DNA of 64,000 nt from Chrysemys picta bellii (GCF_011386835.1 NC_088797.1:1612001-1676000), one strand, 5' to 3'; positions 12,601 to 27,600 are shown, numbered from the stretch's first letter. Translations and numbers: made by a program. Notes: a model not told the origin generated them from the letters alone.

Positions 12601-15600
12601 TCCTTAATAATAATATTTGTATGGTTTTAAACTTCTCCATAAACTGCCTTAAACTGCCTTTCTAGTGGCGCAGTTAACTATGCTTGAAGACTTGGTGAGT
12701 TAGGTGATTTGATGCTTAATCCTGTCTTCTACGCTATCTTCTTCAAAGATAAAGTATCCCTCCAACCATACCCAGGTTCCTACCCAAAGTCATCTTCAAC
12801 TTCCATATCAGTCAGGCTATTCATCTGCCAGTTTTCCACACTAAACCCCATCAGACTAGAGAGGATGCTGCCCATCACACCTTGGATGTTAGGAGAGCAT
12901 TAGCATATTATTTGGACAGAACTAAACCTTTTAGAGCCTCTCAGAGACTATTTGTATCTATTGCAGACACAGCTAAGTGAACATCAGTGTCTACCCAGAA
13001 ACTTAAATGGGTTTCAGGCTGCATCATCTCCTGCTATGGAGCTGCTATTCATCCGATTGCTGCTATCCCTGTAATATTCAGTTTCATGTCATGTACTGTC
13101 AGTTCTAGCTCCTCCATTTTATTGCCCAGGCTCCTTGCGTTAGTGTACAAACATTTGTTCTTTGTCTGACCTTGCCCAATTTCCTAGCTGGAGTAGGTAT
13201 AGTCCTTGCACTAACTGTATCACTCATCTGACTATTGCTCCTATCAATATTGGTGCTTTCTTATTTTTTGGAGTCCTTACGCCTATCCTCTGTTGATGGC
13301 CTTAATGCTTCCCTTAATAGGCTTATTGCTCATAGTGTCTCTGTTAACTGCATGTGGCATTGGTAGTTCACTGTTCACTGCTAGAGTGGCCTTCTGTTAG
13401 CATACTGAAATTGTGTTTTCTCTTGTCTGTATTCCATATATCATTAAGTAATATGGTTCCAAGGGTCAAAGTCCTTTGTAGACATAGTAGGCTATTTCCC
13501 TGTTCTTCTGGCTTCAGCGTTAGCTTTCTGGGTGAAAGAAGAGTGCCTCAGTTGAGGCCTCAACTGAGACTGGTAACTCTTGGATTGCTTTGAGGTATCT
13601 CCTGAAATGTTCACAAGCCTGACTCAGACATAGTTGGGATTGACCCAGCAAACTAAATTTAATCTTTCGGTCTGAAAGGCTTTGAGGCAGGAATGCCGAC
13701 TTGTGGGTTTGTTGCAAAGCTTTCCCACACCTGATACACTATAGTTTCTGAGTTGAGGTGTCTGTGCAGGAAGCATCAATATGGTGGCGCTATCTGCAAG
13801 TGTTGTTGGCACAGAGCTGCACCCAGTGCTTGTTTTAGAAATAGCAGAGTTCAAAGATAACTCGTATCCAATGCCAGGGTATGCAGTGATCACTCCTAAC
13901 TGCTGCTTGACTGATGCTGCCAGCTAGGACTTAACTTAGTGAACTCTATTTGTTCCTAAACGTATTTATTAGAGAGTTCCACTTGCTGTTATTTCTGACA
14001 ATTCTCTTATTTCTAGGTGGCAGTTGACACCCTATGGGAGGTAAATAATAGTCTCTCCAGTTTGCTGGTGAAGATTATAGCTTTGCACCCAACATTAAGT
14101 CTATATAATAACTTGATGTGGTGGTTTTTCTGGGGTTCTCTTCCTTGAACAGATTCATTGGCTGTTTTTCCTCTAGAGATCACATCTTTCATAAATTCTC
14201 CTTGACCAATGTCTGTTCCAAGGAATGACTCTATTAGGGTATTCCTCAGATGCATAGTTCCTGCTCAGACGCTTCCCTTGTAACATTAAAATGTAGGAAA
14301 TCTTTGTCTTTTCATGAAGGTGTAGGTATGGTTCAGAGGTACTGCAATCGACCATCCCTGACAGTTGGTTGGCTTGGTTGCAGTGCAGTGTCTGCTAATG
14401 CATATGGGACTCTAGGTATACTTGGTCCCGCCTCAGCACAGCGGGATGGAGTAGATGACCTCTGTATCAGAGGCCCATTTGAGGTTCACTACTCTGTCAG
14501 AAACTCTTGTCAGGCCTGGCATACACACTGTCATGATATTTCTTTAAAAGGTGACAGGTAATATATTGTTTGAAATCTAATAACACTAGGCAAATTATCG
14601 ATGAACTAGGCAAATACAATTCAGATGGGGCTACTATAAGGTGGGTGCATAACTGGCTGGATAACCGTACTCAGAGAGTTGTTATTAATGGTTCCCAATC
14701 CTGCTGGAAAGTTGTAACGAGTGGGGTACCGCAGGGGTCTGTTTTGGGACCGGCTCTGTTCAATATCTTCATCAACGACTTAAATATTGGCATAGAAAGT
14801 ACGCTTATTAAGTTTGCAGATGATACCAAACTGGGAGGGATTGCAACTGCTTTGGAGGACAGGGTCATAATTCAAAATGATCTGGACAAATTGGAGAAAT
14901 GGTCTGAGTTAAACAGGATGAAGTTTAACAAAGACAAATGCAAAGTGCTCACTTAGGAAGAAAAAGTCAGTTTCACACATACAGAATGGGAAGAGACTGT
15001 CTAGGAAGGAGTACGGCAGAAAGGGATCTAGGGGTTATAGTGGACCACAAGCTAAATATGAGTCAACAGTGTGACGCTGTTGCAAAAAAAGTAAACATGA
15101 TTCTGGGATGTATTAACAGGTGTGTTGTGAGCAAGACACAAGAAGTCATTCTTCCGCTCTACTCTGCTCTGGTTAGGCCTCAGCTGGAGTATTGTGTCCA
15201 GTTCTGGGCACCGCATTTTAAAAAAGATGTGGAGAAATTGGAAAGGGTCCAGAGAAGAGCAACAAGAATGATTAAAGGTTTTGAGAACATGACCTATGAA
15301 GGAAGGCTGAAAGAATTGGGTTTGTTTAGTTTGGAGAAGAGAAGACTGAGAGGGGACATGATAGCAGTTTTCAGGTATTTAAAAGGGTGTCATAAGGAGG
15401 AGGGAGAAAACTTGTTCACCTTAGCCTCTAAGGATAGAACAAGAAGCAATGGGTTTAAACTGCAGCAAGGGAGGTCTAGGTTGGACATTAGGAAAAAGTT
15501 CCTAACTGTCAGGGTGGTTAAACACTGGAATAAATTGCCTAGGGAGGTTGTGGAATCTCCATCTCTGGAGATATTTAAGAGTAGGTTAGATAAATGTCTA

Positions 15601-18600
15601 TCAGGGATGGTCTAGACAGTATTTGGTCCTGCCATGTGGGCATGGGACTGGACTCGACCTCTCGAGGTCCCTTCCAGTCCTAGAATCTATGAAATCTATG
15701 AAACACACTGGTCATTAATGTCACTGAAATGTTTGTAACAACTCTGTATGTGAAATTATGGATACTCTGATATTATGTCCTGGAGACTGTAAACGGACAA
15801 AGGTGAGAAAACAGGTTTCTTCCACAGGGAAGGAAAATACGGGCAGATGCCTTGTCCAGGAAAGACGACTCTAACCTTCTGCCTCTGGGTCAGCCAGTGG
15901 CTGACCCTCCTGCGGCATTGTAATGGGGGAGTTGTGACCCTAAGAGCATCCCAGGGCCAGAAGGTAGGGGGCTCCTGGGTATCCTGTAATGAGTTTCAGC
16001 TGGGCTGACCAATTAGTGTACCCCAACTCAATTAATATTCTTGCATGATATATGTATGTGGTGTGTATTAAACATTATGGATATATGCTAGAATTATGAC
16101 TAAAATGTGTTTTAAATCAGGAATGTCAGTGGAAATTGGTAAACAGTCTGCCCTAGACAAAGAAATGTTTGCTTCTCTGACCAGTCTGGTCATCAGAGGG
16201 GGAGAATGAGGGGCTATTTACATATTAGGTAACCTAAACTAGCAAGCTAACAACGGGGGGAGGAGACAGCATGGCGTCTATACCCAGGAAGAGAGAGAAG
16301 CTTGGCTGTGTTTTACTTTTCAAAGCATACATTGCAGATTTTTGCTGGTCTATAAAGACGGGGTGGAGGCTGAACCTCAAATGATCAGAAATTGAATCTA
16401 TTGATTGCATACAATATTACTGTATGATAAAAGTGTGTTGAGCAAGGTCTTTTATGAAAGCCTAAAAAAATAAATTAATTAATGGAGATCTCCTAGAACT
16501 GGAAGGGACCTTGAAAGGTCATCGAGTCCAGCCCCCTGCCTTCACTAGCAGCACCAGGTACTGATTTTGCCCTAGATCCCTAAGTGGCCCCCTCAAGGAC
16601 TGAACTCACAACCCTGGGTTTAGCAGGTCAATGCTCAAGCCACTGAGCTATCCCTCCCCCCCGTGACACATTGGTGATCAGTATAGTTGTGAATTGTATT
16701 TATTAACACTACATAGAGAATTATGAATACTCCTTAATATTATGCTTTACAATCTGTGACCCAAACAAAGGGAGAAACAGGTCTCTCCCAGACAGGAGGG
16801 AACATTATAGCTATCTCCCTGTCTCCAAAGAAATTAAGCAAGGTGTGACCAAAACAATGGAAGCCCCATTTATATAGAAATCAGATGGGGAATGAGAAAC
16901 CCACAGGAAGGGAGGAACAGCAGGGTCTATGAACTTTGAGAGAGATGCTTTTCAAAGGTTTATTAGACTATAAAGGGAGGGCAGAAAACATCCCTAAGTT
17001 ATCCATCACTAGACAGGCACAAGGGGCTAGAGCTCTTGCAGCTGAGAAAGATGGATCCTTCAACCCAGGAGGGGTTGAAGTTTCTGGAAACTGACTATAG
17101 GTGAGAAACCTGCAAAGGCAAAGATCTTTCACTTATGAAAACAAGGGAAGACAGCAGCTTGTACTTCTGTGGAAGGTTCTGACTGAGGGAAAGTCAGCCA
17201 TGGCTAGGGAGACTGGTAAGAGAAACCATCTTGAACAAAGCCTGTACCTTCCTAGATAAAGTTTTAGACTTTTAGATGCATTTTCACTTTTATTTGCCTG
17301 TAGCAGTTGCCAACTTTATTCCTTTTACTTTGCAGCACATAACTTTGTCCTATTGTTCATAAATTTGTTTTATTTTTACTATAAACCAACTCAGTGCTGA
17401 GTTTGCAGGGAAGAGTTTATATACCCCAGTTAAGTTAATAAGCTGTAATGTGCTTTTGTCTCTTTAAAGGAACAGATAAACCTTATTATTTCTCCGAACT
17501 GTCCAGGAGAAGGCTGATGATTGCAGAGCATAGGGTTTGGGGAAAATTCAGGATGGGGAGTGTGTTGGGGTCACCTTGCTAGTTGTAATCAAGGCTGGTG
17601 GAAGTCAGAGTGGGGCTGGGGGTCTGTAGATAGGCTGCTGGGGTCAAAGTTGCTGAACTAGGGTTGGTTGCATAGTGCATAGGCATTCAGGGTGTGATCT
17701 GCATATTTGTTGCTGTGAGTGACCCAGGCTGGGAACTACAGTAGCAAGTCATTGTGAGCCACTCAAGGGTACAGGGTAAGAGATGATAAATCCCTCACTG
17801 GTCTAGATTACACCTCTGAAAACCATAACAACTTCTTAAGGTCTTTTCCAGCTCTACATTTCTGTGATTCTCTTATTGTAAATGGAATAACCAGAGAAAC
17901 TCATTTGGACTGCCCAAGTACTTGGAATCCCCGTCCAAAACAGCAAAAGCCCTCTTGGTGTATCTTCTTAGCTTAACTGAAGGAGACACATTCATACTCA
18001 AATGTTCATCTCCCTTCTTTCCCCCACTCCCAAATATAGTTTGACAAAATGTCTTTTAAAGAGCCAGGCACCTCAAACATCAGAACTAGCAGCAGTTATT
18101 CTAACTGATAAAGCTCCTAAACCCAGTGACATCTGCTAGGCATAGCAAAGTCAGGAAGCCCAAGTAATAATTTCAGAAGAAAGCAGGGAGCCCTGATCAA
18201 GACTGACAAAGGGAAGCTTCAAGGAGTTAAAATGCATTGTGAAGGGAGCAGTGCTTTGAAGGCCTCTTACATAAAAATAGCTTACAATCAGATAATGGCA
18301 AACTGGGCAGAGCATGTGCTCTTTGTACACAAATCAGAGATAGGAAAACTAATTTTTGTACTGGGAAAACATTTGCATCATTTGTATTTGAGCCAGCTGT
18401 TGAAAGCACTATTTTATTAGCAGTGCTGTAATTTGGTCTAATGAACAGTATTTTTTCCTTTTTTTCCAGGGGATTGTATGACATTTTTGTAACGAGAGAC
18501 AGCCAGCCTCGTTGTGTCGGCCGTTATGACAATCACGGCAGTTTTGGGGAACTGGCCTTGATGTACAACACTCCTAGAGCTGCTACCATTGTTGCCACAA

Positions 18601-21600
18601 CAGAAGGAGCCCTTTGGGGACTGGTAAGTGTGGAAAATTATTCTCAGCTGCATCAAGTGTTAAACACTAATTAATGCACCACGTCCGTCAGCCGTTACTT
18701 TTTCGCATTGCGTGTCTGTATGCAAATTGCTATTTTATCATAATTTATTATTTCAACCCAGAGTTCATTGTGCACTTCCCTAAAACAATCTGTCAATAAA
18801 TCATAACTCCAGATCTATTAGTGAGGGTCATTTGATCACTTCAGAGGGGCTACAATGTAAAGCTTTTGCTAGTTAGTCTGTTTTTTCATACTGCAGAGGG
18901 ATAAAGAGAAGGTAAGGAATGCATGTATTTTATATTAGGAGAGCAGCCCCACCCATCTAGGACTGGGGAAGCAAGAATGTTAACTTCCTAGCATCTTCCT
19001 CTTTCTCAGGGCAACAGTTGTAGTTCTCTTTCTCGTTAGCCTGTCAAGTAATCTGAAGCACTCGCTGTGAGGTTGTAGGAAGAGACACCAAAAGATTTGT
19101 TCATCTTCCCAAGGACAAACTGTAGCTTTCATGATGTTCGTGTTCCCTGCTTCACATTACTGTGGAAGAGGTCCCAGGGTGAGCACAGCTTAGAGAGTTG
19201 TTCCCACCTTTTGGGCTGATAGACAATACTGCTGCTTTTGTTTCTGGGTTAGCTTGTTAAATGTGACTTTTAGAAATCAGAGCTTCCTATATCGGGTAGG
19301 CAACCTATGGCATGCGTGCCAAAGGCGGCACGTGAGCTGATTTTCAGTGGCACGCACACTGCCCGGGTCCTGGCCACCAGTCCGGGGGGCTCTGCATTTT
19401 AATTTAATTTTAAGTTAAGCTTCTTAAACATTTTAAAAACCTTATTTACTTTACATACAGCAATAGTTTAGTTACATATTATAGACTTATATAAAGAGAC
19501 CTTCTAAAAATGTTAACATGTATTACTGGCATGCGAAACCTTAAATTAGAGTGAATAAATGAAGACTTGGCACACCACTTCTGAAAGGTTGCCAACCCCT
19601 GTCCTATATGGTCCCTTCCTCTACAGTATTTGTGTACGGTCTGCCTTCATAGTGCTCTGTGTTACTCATCTGCTATGGTTCACGTCATAAAATGACTGTA
19701 ATACCACAGAAGCCTTTTGAAGGTTGTAGTATAGTACACAGGGCTCCTCAGCAACTATCAGTAAAGGTTGACTGTGCATTATGACCTTGATTATATGATT
19801 GATAAGCTATTACGCACCAGCATGTTTGTGCAATCTCAGTGCACACTGAGAAGATTGACTTCTCTTTTTGTTTGCAGTTCATAAAGGAAAGGAAAGATTC
19901 TGATAAGCTAACCTGGGAGTAGTGTTGGGATCTAGTTAATTTCCGTAACAAAACAGGCTAAATAATGTAAAATGAACCATCTGCACATGGAGCTCCTTAG
20001 AAAAAGTGAATAAAATGACTTTTTATTCCAGTTACCTTTAAGCTGAAATGAAGTTGATTTATCTAGCCATAATATGGTTATTTTCCCACGATCCCTTTGC
20101 CTGCTCTCTGCTCTCAGCTACTTACTAAACCACAGGAATGACTCGCACTCTTCCACTTAGGAGGCTTTAGCTAATGCCACAGCACTGCAAGCCCATCTCA
20201 GCAAGAGTCGGAGACTAAGATCAGTAATCAAATCTAGGTCTCTTGCAAAACAGTGAAGAGTACTCACTCCCAACATCTGATTTATCTTGCTCCTGTGCCA
20301 CTGAATACTTCTGGAGAGAGACTCGTTCACATGCACATGCCCCTCTTTCAGTTCTGCCTTCTTCCTGGTCAAACAGAAGTCCTTCTCCACCCTCACTGAC
20401 TCTCAAACCCACATTCCCACACTCATTCCCAACCTCTGATGCCTTCCTGAAATCATCCTTTGCTCCTGTGTCTTCTGCCTCTCCACACAGGATGTAACCA
20501 GCTATTACAAAGAAAAGATCAGCAAGATTTGCTGTGACTTCATTTTCCCGTTGTCCCCCAAAACCCTGTTTTCCTCTTGCTTTTCATTAGGTGTTTCTCA
20601 CTCACTCTTCTCCTCCAATGCTCCCATTCGCTCTTTCCTTTGGTCAAGACTGAACTTGTCTTCCATCACTGCTAACATCACCATCCTTTCTGTCACTCAG
20701 GGCCACAGATTGAGTGTCATCCATGACTCAGCCATCTATCTACACCAGTACTCAAAGCCAGTGGTTCGCAACCAGGAGTCTGGGGCCCCCTGGGGGGTCA
20801 AGAGCAGGTTTCAGGGGGGCCACCAAGCAGGGCAGCATTAGACTCGCTGGGGTCCAGGGTAGAAAGCCGAGGCCCCACCACATGGGGCTGAAGCCCAGGG
20901 CCCTGAACCCCACCTGGGGCTGAAGCTGCAGGCTGAGCAATGTAGCTTCATGGGGGCCCCAGGCAATGGCCCTGCTTGCTACCCCCTAACGCCGGCCCCG
21001 GCTTTTATATGCAGAAAGCCAGTTCTTGTGGCACAGGTGGGCCGTGGCGTCTTTATAGCATGTTGCGGGGGCGGGGGGGGGGTAAGGGGGCTCAGAAAGA
21101 AAAAGATTGAGAACCCCTGCTCTAAGCGTGCCCAGATCTTACTAATGTTCCCATCATAACCTCTCTAAGATCTGCCTCTTGCTCTGCCAGCATCCCGAAA
21201 ATGCTCAGCTAGTCCCTCAGGCCCTCATTACCTTGAGAAGTCATCAAGCGCAGCCCCCTGCACAGAGGCAGGACCAAGTAAACCTAGACCATCCATGACA
21301 GGTGTTTGTCCAACCTGTTCAAAAAATCTCCAATGACGGGATTCCACAACATATTCTGGGTTTAACTACCCTTATAGGTAGAAGGATTTTCCCAATATCT
21401 AACCTAAATCTCCCTTGCTGTAAATGAACCCTGTGATGGGTTGGACCCCCTTCCGGGATGCCACCTGATGTATTGGGGTCCCATTGAGAGAGACAGACAC
21501 AGACACACACACCCGTAGAATCGCACAGAGTCTGCAATCAGCTCTGTGTGGGAAGACTCAGCTTGGGGAACTGCCCAGCACAGAGGTGCAGACACCTTCT

Positions 21601-24600
21601 GGAGTGTAAACCCAAAATTATATTGTCTTGTGCTGTATAGAGATCTATACAGTGTAAGCTCATGAAATTCGCTCCCTCCCTCAATGTGGAGGAAGATGTG
21701 CACAGCTCCCCTCTCCCCCCCCCCCCCCATTATGAATTGCACAAACTGGGTTTTAGAATAAACAAAAAATAAGTTTATTAACAAAAGGTAGATTTTAAGT
21801 GATTATAACGGATAGCAAACAGAACAAAGCAGATCACTGAACAACTAAAACAAAACACGCAAACTAAGCTTATTATACTAAATTAACTGGTTAATATTAG
21901 CAAATTCTTACCCTAAGGGTTGTTTTATGCAGGTTGCAGAGTTTCTTGAAGGTAAACTGCACTGCTTGCAGCTTGAATCTCCAGGTATTTGTTTCACTCA
22001 CCTGGGCTCAGGCCTTGCTCCCAGCTTAGTTCCTTTGTTTCTTCAGGTGTTTTCAGCAGTCTTCCTTCTTGGGCGGGGAGGCAGTGGAGAAGAGCCAAGA
22101 TGAACTCCCTCCCCAGCCTTAAATAGGATTTACATATGGCGGGAATCCTTTGTTTCCTAGTTTGACCCCCACCCCCTTCCAGTAGAAAAATACCAGAAGT
22201 CCAAAATTATGTCCAGTACCAGGTGACATGACCACCTGACCCTGCAGTGTTAAAGCAGCATCCCAGGAAACTTCTCAGGAAGGAGGGAGATTAGCATCTT
22301 CAAAGTCCTATTGTCCTTCCTAATGGCCCATCCAGGCTGTTTGCATACTGTCTGGTGGGCTTTCCCCAGGTGAAAACACAGTTGTAATTATTACATAGTC
22401 AATATTTTTAACTTCAGATGCAGAAATGATACATGCATACAAATTGGATAATCACATTCAGTAAATCATAACCTTTGCAAAGCTACCTCACATGACCCAT
22501 TTTGCATAAAACATATCTTAGTTGTGCCATATTCATACCATAAGCATATCCCTCTGACTAATATGGGGTGTAGGGTCACAAACCCCATTATTTCTTGTCT
22601 GTCCTTCAGTGGACATGAAGGACCAAAAGAACACTGTCCTTTTTATAACAGCTCTTAACATATTTGAAGATTATCAGGTTCCCCCTCCATCATCTTTTCT
22701 CCAGACTAAACACATCCAGTTTTTTAACTATTCCCCATAGGTCAGGTTTTCTAAACCTTTTATTATTTTTGTTGCTCTTTTCTGCGCTCTCTCAAATTTA
22801 TCCACATCTTTCCTACAGCATGGCCCCTACAACTGGACACAGTATTTACTCCTCCAGCTGAGGCCTCACCAGTGCCGAGTAGAGTGGGATAACTCTCTCC
22901 TATAATTATATATGACATTCCTGTTAATATACCCCAGAATGAGATCAGCCTTTTTCACAACTGCATCACACTGTTGACTCATTCAGTTTGTGATCCACTA
23001 GAACCCCCAGATCCTGTTCAGCAGTACTATCACCTAGTCAATTATTCCCCATTTTGAAGTTCTTTCTTCCGAAGTGTAGTGCTTTGCACTTGTCTTTACT
23101 GAATTTCATCTTGTTGATTTCAGACCAATTCTCTAATTTTCAAGATTTTTTTGAATTCTAACCCTGTTCTCCAAAGTGCTTACATACCCTCCCAGTTTGA
23201 TGTCATCTTCAAATGTTATAAGCATACTCTCCACTCCATTATCCAAGTCATTAATGAAAATCGTATCAGACCCCGGTGGGGCTCCACAAGGTATGCCTTC
23301 TCACTTTGACAGTAAGCCATTGATAACTACTCTTATAGGAGTATGAGTTTTCAACCAGTTATGCACCCACCTTATAGTAATTTCATCTAGACCAAATTTC
23401 CCTAGTTTGCTTATGAGAATATCATGCAGGACTGTGTCAAAACACTTAGTAAAATCAAGGTATATCATTGCTGCTGTGTCCCCCGCTAGGCCAGTAACCC
23501 TGTCCAAGAAGGAAATTAGGTTGGTTTGGCATGATTTGTTCTTGACAAATTCATGTTGGCTATTTCTTATAACCCTTTTATGCTTTAGGTGCTTACAAAT
23601 TGACTGCTTAATTATTTGTTCCAGTATCTTTCCAGGTATCAAAGTTAGGCTGACTGGTCTATACTCCTTGGGTTCTCTTTGTCCCCCTTCTTAAAGATAG
23701 GTGCTGTGTTTTCCTTTCTCTAGTCCTCTGGGACCTCACCCACCCTCCATGAGTTCTCAAAGCTACTCCCTAACGGTTCCAAGATGGCTTCAGTAGTTCC
23801 TTAGATACTCTAGGATGAATTTAATCAGGCCCTGCCATCTTAAATATACATCTAACTTATGTAAATAGTCTTTAACCTGTTCTGTCCCTATCTTGGTTTG
23901 TGTTCCTTTCCCCTTGTTAATATAATGTGTTGAGTACCTGGTCACCATTAACCTTTTAAGTGAAGAGTGAAGCAAAATAGGTATTAAACACCTGATCTTT
24001 CTTGATGTGATCATTTATTAGCTTTGCTTCCCTACCAAGTAGAAGACATAATCATTCCTTCATATTTTCCTAATATATTTTAAAAACATCTCTTTTATTG
24101 TCTTTTATGGCCCTTGCTAGGTGGAACTCATTTTGTGCCTTAGCTTTTCTGATTTTGTCCCTACATGTTTTGTACTATTCTTCCCTTAGCCTGCTGAGAA
24201 GAAGTTCTCAAGAAAGCTAAATATTTCTAATACAAAAATATGAGGTGAACAACCTCTGCAGATATTGGGCAAGCTTAATCTCATTTGGTCAATGCTACTA
24301 CCTAGTGGCTACATTGATCAAGTCACCCCTTAACCTTCTCTTTGTTAAATTAAATAGATCAAGTTCTTAGTCTACCTCTATAAGGTATGTATTCTAATCC
24401 TTTAATCATTCTTGTGGCTCTTCTCTGAACCCTGTCCAATTTATCAACTTTCTTCTTGAATTGTGGGCACCAGAACTGGACACGATATTCCATTACCAGT
24501 CACACTAATGCCAAAAAGGAGAGGTAAAATAACCTCTCAACTCCTATTTGACATTCCCTTCTTTATGCATCCCAGGACTGCTTATGCTGTTTTGGCCACA

Positions 24601-27600
24601 GTGTCCCTTTGGGAGCTCATGTTCCACCATGAGAATCCACCATGACCCCCCAACCTTTTTCAGAGTCACTGCCTCACAGAATAGAGTCCCCCTTCTGTAA
24701 GCGTGACCTACATTCTTTGTTCCTAGATGTATATGTTTAGCCATATTAAAACACACATTGTTTGCTTGTGCCCAGTTTACCAAGTAACCCAGATTGTGCT
24801 GAATTGGTGATTTGTCCTCATTGTTATTTACCTCTCCCCCAATTTTTGTGTCATCTGCAAAATTAACCAGTTATGATTTTATATTCCAGGTCATTGATAA
24901 AAATGTTAAATAGTATAGGGCCAAGAACTGGTCCCTTCCGGACCCCACTGGAAACACATGCTTAATGACAATTTCCTGTTTACAGTTACATTTTGAGACC
25001 TATCAGTTATCCAGTTTTTAATCCATTTAACGTGTGTCATGTTAATTTTAATATCGTTCTGGTTTTTTAATCAAAATGTTGCACAGTATCAAGTCAAATG
25101 CTGTACAGAAGTCTAAGTATGTTACATTGGCATTATTACCTTTATCTGCCAAACTTGTAATCTCGTCAAAAAATCAGGTTAGTTTGACAGGATCTATTTT
25201 CCATAAACCATGTTGTTTTGCATTAATTACTACCCTCCTTTAATACTTTATTAACTGAGTCTCATATCAGCTTCTCCACTATCTTTCCTGGGATTGATGT
25301 CAGGCTGACAGGCCTATAATTACCCAAGTCATCCCATTTACCCTTTTTAAAAATTGTTACACCATTAGCTTTCTTCCAGTCATCTGAAACTTCCCCAGTG
25401 CTCCAGGACTTACAGAAAATCAGCATTAACTGTCCAGCCAGCTCGTCAGCCAGCTCTTTTAAAACACCTGGATGCAAGTTATCTGGATGTGCTGATTTAA
25501 AAAGTCTAATTCTGGTAGCTTCTGTTTAACATCCTCCAGAGATACTACTGGAGTGGAGAGTGCTGTCACCATATGAGACTATATCCTCTGCATTTTTCCC
25601 CCAAATACAGAACAGAAATATTTATTGAACACTTATGCTTTTCTGCATTATTGACAATTCTACCATTTCCATCTAGCAATGGACCAATATCAGAGTCAGG
25701 ATTTATTCCTAATATATTTTAAAAAGTCTCCTCCTTCTTGTCCTTAACTCTGTTGGCTATAGATTTCTCCTTGTGTCCCTTTGCTTCCCTTATCAGTTTT
25801 CAACAATTCCTAACTTCTGATTTCTATTACAGTAGGTCCTTTTTACAGCAGCCATCAGCAATGCCCATTATTTGATTAATACAGTACAATTTTAATAGAC
25901 TTTTTAAACAGTTTATAAACTAGCATTTGCAGCTGTGACAGGTTGGATCACAGAAACCCCTGGGAGCTGCCACCTCATGTGCCCAGACTACTTCTACCCC
26001 TGCTTTCCCTGCCAGCTCAGGACCCCAGCACCTTGTCTTGCTGAGCCAGACACACCTGTCTGCTCCAACAAAGACCCCAGGGTCTGAATTACTTGCCCCA
26101 AAGCTGCAGATTTACCTGAAAGCAGCTCACAGAAGTGTTCCTGTCTTCAACACTCAGATGCCCAACTCCCAGTGGGGTCAAAACCCAAATAAATCCGTTT
26201 TACCCTGTATAAAGCTTATTCAGGGTAAACTCATAAATTGTTCGCCCTCTAGAACACTGACAGATGTGCACGGCTGTTTGCTCCCCCAGGTATTAATACA
26301 TACTCTGAGTTAATTAATAAGGAAAAAGTGATTTTATTAAATACAGACAGTAGGATTTAAGTGGTTCCAAGTAGTAACAGACAGAACAAAGAAAGTCACC
26401 AAGCAAAATAAAATAAAATGCGCAAATCTATGTCTAATCAAACTAAATACAGAGAAGATCCTCACCAGTTCCAGAATGCTCCCTTTTACAGACTAATCTC
26501 CTTTTAGCCTGGGTCCAGCAATAACTCACACCTCTTGCAGTCACTGTCCTTTGTTCCAGTTTCTTCCAAGTATCCTGGGGGGTGGAGATGCTCTTTCTTT
26601 AGCCAGCTGAAGACAAAATGGAGGGGTCTCCCAGGGGTTTAAAATAGACTTTCTCTTGTGGGTGGAGACCCCCCTCCTCACTCCTATGCAAAGTCCAGCT
26701 CCAAGATGGAGTTTAGGAGTTACCTGGGCAAGTCACATGTCCATGCATGACTCACAGTTTTTACAGGTAGCATCCATTGTTTACATGCTACCTTGAACCG
26801 TCCTCAAGTAGACGTCATATGTGGATTGGAGCATTCCAAGATCCGTTGTCCTTTAAGTGTTTCTTGATCAGGTACTTAATTTCAACATTCCTTTCTCCAG
26901 GAACTGACCGAATGCTCTACTAAGGTTATTTAGAAATGAGGCCAGTACACAGCCAACATTCATAACGTCAAATACAAAAATGACACATGCATGCAAATAG
27001 GATTAATACATTCAGTAGATCATAACCTTTATGGAGATATATGACATGGCATATGTAGCATAAAACACATTCTAAGCGTATTTCCATAGAGCCTTATGGG
27101 AGGTACCGTCACAGCAGCATTCCTGCTTTGTGGAGAGAGAGCATCAGTCTGCATATCTCTTAAGCACTTGTCATTTTGTCCAAAGGAAATAATCTACTTT
27201 TCTATCCTTTCTCTTACAGGATCGAGTGACATTCAGAAGAATTATATTGAAAAACAATGCGAAGAAGAGGAAGACATTTGAATTATTTATTGAGTCTGTG
27301 CCCCTTCTTAAATCACTGGAGGTAAAGCTGTTTTATTAGAATTCGCTTTAGAGAGTCTGCTGTTATTGATGCTTTTCAAGTAGATAGGATTCTTGCTGGA
27401 CCCTTGCTAGAGCACAATTTGAAATAGAAGTTACAGTAACAACACCTTAGTAGAACAACCTAATTTCTTTTACAGCAGTTATGCAAAAATTTTGTTCAAA
27501 TCCTTCCTTCAGTCACAAGAGGAATGAAAGGTTGCTGATTTAATCTTAAATACCATATGTACCCTTCTTCAAAATCCACCATGCATTCGGGAAACAACAT

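Noticed and set aside
16590-16662. tRNA-like A and B boxes
   Set aside because: No complete cloverleaf, and the sequence runs directly into a CR1-type tail, so it is a SINE head rather than a tRNA gene.
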